Source of the DNA: Erysipelothrix inopinata
Lineage (GTDB): Bacteria; Bacillota_I; Bacilli_A; Erysipelotrichales; Erysipelotrichaceae
DNA: 32,000 nt
Assembly (NCBI RefSeq): GCF_014396165.1
Contig: NZ_CP060715.1
Coordinates: 630,001-662,000 of the forward strand
Direction of reading: 5' to 3'
This document shows, one piece after another, positions 9,201 to 15,797 of the stretch. Position 1 is the first letter of the stretch, and every line of letters starts with the position of its first letter. The translations under genes were made by a program, and so were the position numbers. The notes below the pieces were generated by a model, which ran no database searches, was not told the DNA's origin, and saw only the letters and a program-made list of their open reading frames with translations.

Positions 9201-12200
9201 GAAGTGATCGTAAAAGTTAAGGAACTTGAAGTCACAATTGATGCGACTGATAAAGTTATTGAACTTAACGACAAATTCGAACCACTAAAAGATGTGAGTG
9301 CCAAAGGTACTGATGGCAAAGACTATACAGCAGATTTAGTTCCGAAAAGCAGTGTAGATACTACAAAACCTGGTATCTATGATGTCGTTTACGAAGTAAT
9401 CGTTGATGGTAAGGTTATCGGAACCAAAACAATCACTGTCACTGTGGAAGATAAACGACCAACACTTACCGAAGTTAATCCAGATAAACCTAAAGAAGTC
9501 ATAATCGGAGATACAACCAATCCAAAAGATTTCGTTGAAGCTACTGATCACGATGGCAATCCAATTGATAAAGATAAGGTTGAGATTAAGAATCCCGAAG
9601 TATTGGATCAACCAGGAGATCAAACAGTCATCTATGTGGTTACTGACAAAGATGGTCGTGAATCTGAACCACTAGAAGTGATCGTAAAAGTTAAGGAACT
9701 TGAAGTCGCAATTGATGCGACTGATAAAGTTATTGAACTCAATGATACTTTCGAACCGCTAAAAGATGTGAGTGCCAAAGGTACTGATGGCAAAGACTAT
9801 ACAGCAGATTTAGTTCCAACAAGCAGTGTAGATACTTCAAAACCTGGTATCTATAATGTCGTTTACGAAGTGGTTGTCGATGGTAAGGTTATCGGAATCA
9901 AAACAATCACCGTAACTGTGGAAGATAAACGTCCAACACTTACTGAAGTTAATCCGGAAACACCTAAAGAAGTCATAATCGGAGATACAACCAATCCAAA
10001 AGATTTCGTTGAAGCAACTGATCACGATGGCAATCCAATTGATAAAGATAAGATTGAGATTAAAAATCCTGAAGTATTGGATCAACCGGGAGATCAAACA
10101 GTCATCTATGTGGTCACTGATAAAGATGGCCGTGAATCCGAACCTTTAGAAGTAATCGTAAAAGTTAAGGAACTTGAAGTCACAATCGATGCGACTGACA
10201 AAGTTATTGAACTTAATGATAAATTCGAACCACTAAAAGATGTGAGTGCCAAAGGTACTGATGGCAAAGACTATACAGCAGATTTAGTTCCAACAAGCAG
10301 TGTAGATACTTCAAAACCTGGTATCTATAATGTCGTTTACGAAGTGGTTGTCGATGGTAAGGTTATCGGAACCAAAACAATCACCGTAACTGTGGAAGAT
10401 AAACGTCCAACACTTACTGAAGTAAATCCAGATACACCTAAAGAAGTCATAATCGGAGATACAACCAATCCAAAAGATTTCGTTGAAGCAACTGATCACG
10501 ATGGCAATCCAATTGATAAAGATAAGATTGAGATTAAAAATCCTGAAGTATTGGATCAACCGGGAGATCAAACAGTCATCTATGTGGTCACTGATAAAGA
10601 TGGCCGTGAATCCGAACCTTTAGAAGTAATCGTAAAAGTTAAGGAACTTGAAGTCACAATCGATGCGACTGACAAAGTTATTGAACTTAATGATAAATTC
10701 GAACCACTAAAAGATGTGAGTGCCAAAGGTACTGATGGCAAAGACTATACAGCAGATTTAGTTCCGAAAAGCAGTGTAGATACTACAAAACCTGGTATCT
10801 ATGATGTCGTTTACGAAGTAATCGTTGATGGTAAGGTTATCGGAACCAAAACAATCACCGTAACTGTGGAAGATAAACGTCCAACACTTACTGAAGTAAA
10901 TCCAGATACACCTAAAGAAATCGTAATCGGTGACACAACGAATCCAAAAGATTTCGTTGAAGCAACTGATCACGATGGCAATCCAATTGATAAAGATAAG
11001 ATTGAGATTAAAAATCCTGAAGTATTGGATCAACCGGGAGATCAAACAGTTATTTATGTGGTCACTGATAAAGATGGCCGTGAATCCGAACCTTTAGAAG
11101 TAATCGTAAAAGTTAAGGAACTTGAAGTCACAATCGATGCGACTGACAAAGTTATTGAACTTAATGATAAATTCGAACCACTAAAAGATGTGAGTGCCAA
11201 AGGTACTGATGGCAAAGACTATACAGCAGATTTAGTTCCAACAAGCAGTGTAGATACTTCAAAACCTGGTATCTATAATGTCGTTTACGAAGTAATCGTT
11301 GATGGTAAGGTTATCGGAACCAAAACAATCACCGTAACTGTGGAAGATAAACGTCCAACACTTACTGAAGTAAATCCAGATACACCTAAAGAAGTCATAA
11401 TCGGAGATACAACCAATCCAAAAGATTTCGTTGAAGCAACTGATCACGATGGCAATCCAATTGATAAAGATAAGATTGAGATTAAAAATCCTGAAGTATT
11501 GGATCAACCGGGAGATCAAACAGTCATCTATGTGGTCACTGATAAAGATGGCCGTGAATCCGAACCTTTAGAAGTAATCGTAAAAGTTAAGGAACTTGAA
11601 GTCACAATCGATGCGACTGACAAAGTTATTGAACTTAATGATAAATTCGAACCACTAAAAGATGTGAGTGCCAAAGGTACTGATGGCAAAGACTATACAG
11701 CAGATTTAGTTCCAACAAGCAGTGTAGATACTTCAAAACCTGGTATCTATAATGTCGTTTACGAAGTAATCGTTGATGGTAAGGTTATCGGAACCAAAAC
11801 AATCACCGTAACTGTGGAAGATAAACGTCCAACACTTACTGAAGTAAATCCAGATACACCTAAAGAAGTCATAATCGGAGATACAACCAATCCAAAAGAT
11901 TTCGTTGAAGCAACTGATCACGATGGCAATCCAATTGATAAAGATAAGATTGAGATTAAAAATCCTGAAGTATTGGATCAACCGGGAGATCAAACAGTCA
12001 TCTATGTGGTCACTGATAAAGATGGCCGTGAATCCGAACCTTTAGAAGTAATCGTAAAAGTTAAGGAACTTGAAGTCACAATCGATGCGACTGACAAAGT
12101 TATTGAACTTAATGATAAATTCGAACCACTAAAAGATGTGAGTGCCAAAGGTACTGATGGCAAAGACTATACAGCAGATTTAGTTCCAACAAGCAGTGTA

Positions 12201-14159
12201 GATACTTCAAAACCTGGTATCTATAATGTCGTTTACGAAGTAATCGTTGATGGTAAGGTTATCGGAACCAAAACAATCACCGTAACTGTGGAAGATAAAC
12301 GTCCAACACTTACTGAAGTAAATCCAGATACACCTAAAGAAATCGTAATCGGTGACACAACGAATCCAAAAGATTTCGTCGAAGCAACCGATCATGATGG
12401 CAATCCAATTGATAAAGATAAGATTGAGATTAAGAATCCTGAAGTATTGGATCAACCGGGAGATCAAACAGTCATCTATGTGGTTACTGATAAAGATGGC
12501 CGTGAATCCGAACCTTTAGAAGTAATCGTAAAAGTTAAGGAACTTGAAGTCACAATCGATGCGACTGACAAAGTTATTGAACTTAATGATAAATTCGAAC
12601 CACTAAAAGATGTGAGTGCCAAAGGTACTGATGGCAAAGACTATACAGCAGATTTAGTTCCAACAAGCAGTGTAGATACTTCAAAACCTGGTATCTATAA
12701 TGTCGTTTACGAAGTAATCGTTGATGGTAAGGTTATCGGAACCAAAACAATCACCGTAACTGTGGAAGATAAACGTCCAACACTTACTGAAGTAAATCCA
12801 GATACACCTAAAGAAATCGTAATCGGTGACACAACGAATCCAAAAGATTTCGTCGAAGCTACTGATCACGATGGCAATCCAATTGATAAAGATAAGATTG
12901 AGATTAAGAATCCTGAAGTATTGGATCAACCGGGTGATCAAACAGTCATCTATGTGGTTACTGATAAAGATGGCCGTGAATCCGAACCATTAGAAGTAAT
13001 CGTAAAAGTTAAGGAACTTGAAGTCACAATCGATGCGACTGATAAAGTTATTGAGCTTAACGACAAATTCGAACCACTAAAAGATGTGAGTGCCAAAGGT
13101 ACTGATGGCAAAGACTATACAGCAGATTTAGTTCCGAAAAGCAGTGTAGATACTACAAAACCTGGTATCTATGATGTCGTTTACGAAGTAATCGTTGATG
13201 GTAAGGTTATCGGAACCAAAACAATCACTGTCACTGTGGAAGATAAACGACCAACACTTACCGAAGTTAATCCAGATAAACCTAAAGAAGTCATAATCGG
13301 AGATACAACCAATCCAAAAGATTTCGTTGAAGCTACTGATCACGATGGCAATCCAATTGATAAAGATAAGATTGAGATTAAGAATCCTGAAGTATTGGAT
13401 CAACCAGGAGATCAAACAGTTATTTATGTGGTGACTGATAAAGATGGACGTGAATCTGAACCACTAGAAGTGATCGTAAAAGTTAAGGAACTTGAAGTCA
13501 CAATTGATGCGACTGATAAAGTTATTGAACTTAACGATAAATTTGATCCATTGAAGGAAGCCTCAGCTAAAGGAACTGATGGCAAAGACTATACAGCAGA
13601 TTTAGTTCCGACAAGCAGTGTAGATACTACAAAACCAGGTGTCTATGATGTCGTTTATGAAGTAATTGTCGATGGTAAAGTTTACGGCACAAAAACAATC
13701 ACCGTAACTGTGGAAGATAAACGACCAACACTTACTGAGAACAATACGTCGAGAAAGTTAAAAAACAAGGATTCTGAAACTTTTAATCCACTAGATTATG
13801 TCGAAGCATACGACTATTTAGGAAATAAAATAGATAAAAAATTTATTGTATTCGAAAATACTCTAGACTTTGAAAATCCTGGATATCAAACAATAACATA
13901 TTACGTAATTGATGGTTCGGGAAGAGTATCTGACAGGCTAACTTTAGAATTTATTGTAGAGCAAGTTGAAGTACTGGGTGTTAAAAAACCTGAAAAATCT
14001 AAAGAGTTGAAGAGTAAAGAAAAGGAAGTAGAGGGAAGTATCCTTCCTACAACTGGAGTGGATAATGATAATATTCCAGTTGGAATTATTCTCTTAGGTG
14101 CAGTGCTCGTTATTATTTCAATGAAGAATAAATCTAATAATAAAAATGAAGATTACTAG
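6231..14159 (+). CDS. Giant LPXTG-anchored cell-wall surface protein (2642 aa) with about 30 Ig-like (DUF5011-type) domains
   Basis: ATG 6231 is preceded by AGAGGGGAAG; the track's 6213 start is an upstream GTG. Signal peptide MKKNRKIFLSMFASLAILLSTVVNYENINIFA. A unique ~280-aa N-terminal region is followed by 14 x 158-aa repeats plus a degenerate half unit. The C-terminus is LPTTG + hydrophobic helix + KNKSNNK tail. Confidence 0.9.
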   Translation: MKKNRKIFLSMFASLAILLSTVVNYENINIFADYNVNNYPTCESAGDKCKPYKDSEMYRLIQKGGNGVVPTNKADTMTWNDGKYIYFETTYDYDVNVTLYFPIDITVSKNDFEGLAEKALASKMEINGFVIYKHKKGDDRFKKLDNFMAIKNAAGSVNKEGYYPIKLEETSSPVGFNIIYYIYIDNGEGPYPELSTFDENIEVGTLKTYNPIDKDKVTGKASFEPGKSKQVVSNDKLKYTIKDENGRTVDAVNPNKVGKYTITYELTDFLGRTVTKTKNVTVEDKRPTLTEVNPETPKEVIIGDTTNPKDFVEATDHYGNPIDKDKVEIKNPEVLDQPGDQTVIYVVTDKDGRESEPLEVIVKVKELEVTIDATDKVIELNDKFDPLKEVSAKGTDGKDYTENLVPTSSVDTTKPGIYDVVYEVIVDGEVIGTKTITVTVEDKRPTLTEVNPDTPKEVIIGDTTNPKDFVEATDHDGNPIDKDKIEIKNPEVLDQPGDQTVIYVVTDKDGRESEPLEVIVKVKELEVTIDATDKVIELNDKFEPLKDVSAKGTDGKDYTADLVPKSSVDTTKPGIYDVVYEVIVDGKVIGTKTITVTVEDKRPTLTEVNPDKPKEVIIGDTTNPKDFVEATDHDGNPIDKDKVEIKNPEVLDQPGDQTVIYVVTDKDGRESEPLEVIVKVKELEVAIDATDKVIELNDTFEPLKDVSAKGTDGKDYTADLVPTSSVDTSKPGIYNVVYEVVVDGKVIGIKTITVTVEDKRPTLTEVNPETPKEVIIGDTTNPKDFVEATDHDGNPIDKDKIEIKNPEVLDQPGDQTVIYVVTDKDGRESEPLEVIVKVKELEVTIDATDKVIELNDKFEPLKDVSAKGTDGKDYTADLVPTSSVDTTKPGIYDVVYEVIVDGEVIGTKTITVTVEDKRPTLTEVNPDTPKEVIIGDTTNPKDFVEATDHDGNPIDKDKIEIKNPEVLDQPGDQTVIYVVTDKDGRESEPLEVIVKVKELEVTIDATDKVIELNDKFEPLKDVSAKGTDGKDYTADLVPKSSVDTTKPGIYDVVYEVIVDGKVIGTKTITVTVEDKRPTLTEVNPDKPKEVIIGDTTNPKDFVEATDHDGNPIDKDKVEIKNPEVLDQPGDQTVIYVVTDKDGRESEPLEVIVKVKELEVAIDATDKVIELNDTFEPLKDVSAKGTDGKDYTADLVPTSSVDTSKPGIYNVVYEVVVDGKVIGIKTITVTVEDKRPTLTEVNPETPKEVIIGDTTNPKDFVEATDHDGNPIDKDKIEIKNPEVLDQPGDQTVIYVVTDKDGRESEPLEVIVKVKELEVTIDATDKVIELNDKFEPLKDVSAKGTDGKDYTADLVPTSSVDTSKPGIYNVVYEVVVDGKVIGTKTITVTVEDKRPTLTEVNPDTPKEVIIGDTTNPKDFVEATDHDGNPIDKDKIEIKNPEVLDQPGDQTVIYVVTDKDGRESEPLEVIVKVKELEVTIDATDKVIELNDKFEPLKDVSAKGTDGKDYTADLVPKSSVDTTKPGIYDVVYEVIVDGKVIGTKTITVTVEDKRPTLTEVNPDTPKEIVIGDTTNPKDFVEATDHDGNPIDKDKIEIKNPEVLDQPGDQTVIYVVTDKDGRESEPLEVIVKVKELEVTIDATDKVIELNDKFEPLKDVSAKGTDGKDYTADLVPTSSVDTSKPGIYNVVYEVIVDGKVIGTKTITVTVEDKRPTLTEVNPDTPKEVIIGDTTNPKDFVEATDHDGNPIDKDKIEIKNPEVLDQPGDQTVIYVVTDKDGRESEPLEVIVKVKELEVTIDATDKVIELNDKFEPLKDVSAKGTDGKDYTADLVPTSSVDTSKPGIYNVVYEVIVDGKVIGTKTITVTVEDKRPTLTEVNPDTPKEVIIGDTTNPKDFVEATDHDGNPIDKDKIEIKNPEVLDQPGDQTVIYVVTDKDGRESEPLEVIVKVKELEVTIDATDKVIELNDKFEPLKDVSAKGTDGKDYTADLVPTSSVDTSKPGIYNVVYEVIVDGKVIGTKTITVTVEDKRPTLTEVNPDTPKEIVIGDTTNPKDFVEATDHDGNPIDKDKIEIKNPEVLDQPGDQTVIYVVTDKDGRESEPLEVIVKVKELEVTIDATDKVIELNDKFEPLKDVSAKGTDGKDYTADLVPTSSVDTSKPGIYNVVYEVIVDGKVIGTKTITVTVEDKRPTLTEVNPDTPKEIVIGDTTNPKDFVEATDHDGNPIDKDKIEIKNPEVLDQPGDQTVIYVVTDKDGRESEPLEVIVKVKELEVTIDATDKVIELNDKFEPLKDVSAKGTDGKDYTADLVPKSSVDTTKPGIYDVVYEVIVDGKVIGTKTITVTVEDKRPTLTEVNPDKPKEVIIGDTTNPKDFVEATDHDGNPIDKDKIEIKNPEVLDQPGDQTVIYVVTDKDGRESEPLEVIVKVKELEVTIDATDKVIELNDKFDPLKEASAKGTDGKDYTADLVPTSSVDTTKPGVYDVVYEVIVDGKVYGTKTITVTVEDKRPTLTENNTSRKLKNKDSETFNPLDYVEAYDYLGNKIDKKFIVFENTLDFENPGYQTITYYVIDGSGRVSDRLTLEFIVEQVEVLGVKKPEKSKELKSKEKEVEGSILPTTGVDNDNIPVGIILLGAVLVIISMKNKSNNKNEDY
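7077..13712 (+). repeat. In-frame tandem array, 14 copies of a 474-bp unit (inside the adhesin CDS)
   Basis: The GAAGATAAACG(T/A)CCAACACTTAC unit start recurs at 7077 + n*474 up to 13713. Each unit encodes EDKRPTLTEVNP...VIVKVKE (domain A) plus LEVTIDATDKVIELND...KTITVTV (domain B). Confidence 0.95.
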
Positions 14160-14202
14160 AAATGATATTATTAAAAGCATAACAAACATTATCTAGAAAA
14201 AT

Positions 14203-14230
14203 AAAGCCCAAACTTAACGTTTGGGCTTTT
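14203..14230. terminator. Bidirectional intrinsic terminator between the adhesin gene and the EIIC gene
   Basis: 11-bp stem aaagcccaaac / gtttgggcttt with a 5-nt loop, flanked by A/T runs on both sides. Confidence 0.75.
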
Positions 14231-14242
14231 GTTATATATGTA

Positions 14243-15544
14243 CTACATATCAGATTTTGCAAATTCAGCTTCTTTTTCAAGTTGTTGTCTTTCAAATACT
14301 TTGAAGAACGGATAGTAAATAATAAGTGAAATAATAAAGTTAATAATAACTAGAACACCGGCCATTATTGTCCAATCTGTACTCATCCAGGCGGCTATTG
14401 GGGAGAGAACAGTAAATGGTAGTTTAGCAACCATCATTGGAATTAATCCAAGTTTTAAGAATATATATGCAACAGTAGTCATAACTAGAGGTGCAAGAAT
14501 AAATGGAATAGCAAGGATTGGGTTCATAACAATAGGAGCCCCAAAGATAACTGGTTCATTAATATTAAAGAGTCCGGGAAGGATGGAGAGTTTACCTAAC
14601 TTTTTAATGAACTCTGATTTGGAGAAAAGGAATAAACAAACAAGTGCTAATGTTGCTCCTGATCCCCCAATCCAAACATACCATTGTATAAATTGTTCCG
14701 TAAAGATATTTGGCATTTGTGAAGCTGGGGTACCTGTTGCGAAAGCTTCCATGTTTTCAGCAATTGACATATCCCAGAATGGTCGGATAATTGGTCCTAA
14801 AATAGCAGGCCCATGAATACCCATAACCCAGAATAAACAAATTAAGAATACTGTGAGGAGTCCGCCGAATAAACTATTACCAGCAAGAACACCTTTCAGT
14901 GGCATTAAGATAGCTGTAAGGAATCCATTAATATCAAAATGGAATACATAACGAATAATTAAGAATACGAATATAACTGTAGCAGTAGGTAATAAAGCAA
15001 CGAATGAGTTGGATACCTCAGGTGGAACACCTTCAGGCATTTTAATTGTCCAGTTCTTTTCCTTCATAAATCGGAATATTTCTACAGCGGCAATAGAAGT
15101 AACAATTGCTGCGAATAGTGAAGCTGAACCTAAGTTAGCAATATTGATATAACGGCCTGCATTAATAACACCATCTACAGATTCTGTTACTTGAATTGGA
15201 ACAACTGTAGAAATTAAAAATGCTAGAACAGCAAGTAAACCAGATGATCTTTGATCTAAGTCATAGGTACTTGCAAGATGCTGTCCAATTGTGAAAGCAC
15301 AATATAAGGACATAATCCCAACAGTAAATCTGAATGGGACATCCAGCATAGCTTTATGTGGTGCAATAAATGCAGCAATCGAGTCAACTGGAATGTTGAG
15401 CAAAATTGTAAAGAATGAACCAACGATGGTCAAAGGTAGAATTGCAATTAAACCGTGTCGAATTGATGACATGTGTCGTTGGCCACTAATTTTTGTTGCG
15501 ACAGGCATTACCTTCGCTTCAAGATAAGTCATAAGTGAATTCAT
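14243..15544 (-). CDS. PTS sugar transporter subunit EIIC, lactose/cellobiose (4.A.3) family
   Basis: 433-aa polytopic protein. The N-terminus (MTYLEAKVMPVATKISGQRHMSSIRHGLIAILPLTIVGSFF) is typical of CelB/LicC-type EIIC. SD AGGAGGAG is present. No EIIA or EIIB gene is in the window. Confidence 0.85.
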   Translation of the reverse strand: MNSLMTYLEAKVMPVATKISGQRHMSSIRHGLIAILPLTIVGSFFTILLNIPVDSIAAFIAPHKAMLDVPFRFTVGIMSLYCAFTIGQHLASTYDLDQRSSGLLAVLAFLISTVVPIQVTESVDGVINAGRYINIANLGSASLFAAIVTSIAAVEIFRFMKEKNWTIKMPEGVPPEVSNSFVALLPTATVIFVFLIIRYVFHFDINGFLTAILMPLKGVLAGNSLFGGLLTVFLICLFWVMGIHGPAILGPIIRPFWDMSIAENMEAFATGTPASQMPNIFTEQFIQWYVWIGGSGATLALVCLFLFSKSEFIKKLGKLSILPGLFNINEPVIFGAPIVMNPILAIPFILAPLVMTTVAYIFLKLGLIPMMVAKLPFTVLSPIAAWMSTDWTIMAGVLVIINFIISLIIYYPFFKVFERQQLEKEAEFAKSDM

Positions 15545-15568
15545 ATGTTATCTCCTCCTGCATCTAAC

Positions 15569-15586
15569 ATAACATTATAATGTTAT
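15569..15586. promoter_or_regulatory. Perfect 18-bp palindrome ATAACATTATAATGTTAT (candidate operator and/or symmetric -10 element)
   Basis: The sequence is self-complementary over all 18 nt and contains TATAAT on both strands. It lies 25 nt upstream of the EIIC start codon in the divergent intergenic region. Confidence 0.35.
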
Positions 15587-15602
15587 AAAATCAAGAAAAA
15601 GT

Positions 15603-15616
15603 TGAAACCGGTTACT
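15603..15616. promoter_or_regulatory. cre-like (CcpA) site TGAAACCGGTTACT
   Basis: Matches the core TGWAANCGNTNWCA at 13 of 14 positions. It lies about 60 nt upstream of the EIIC start. Confidence 0.4.
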
Positions 15617-15797
15617 AAAATGATAGTATTTTGCCCAAAAACAACCATAGGATGTAACTGAATTCGGAAATGACACGTGATTCTGTATAAAATATACATA
15701 ATGAAAATATTAATTCTCTGAGAGAGTGCATCAAGTGAAATATAATTTCATAATTTAATATAATAATAGGTGCGTCTAAAATAAAAGGAGATAATAA

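Noticed and set aside
7038-13415. A series of 86-95-aa minus-strand ORFs (MISRLIQYFRIFNLNLIFINWIAIV...) recurring every 474 bp.
   Set aside because: They are antisense to the adhesin repeat unit and recur only because the unit recurs. They have no SD, an odd composition (I/F/C/W-rich) and starts that vary with synonymous changes in the sense gene. They are shadow ORFs.
7077-13712. A regularly spaced repeat array that could superficially suggest a CRISPR or satellite locus.
   Set aside because: The period is 474 bp with no short repeat/spacer organisation. The whole array is in-frame coding sequence for Ig-like domains.
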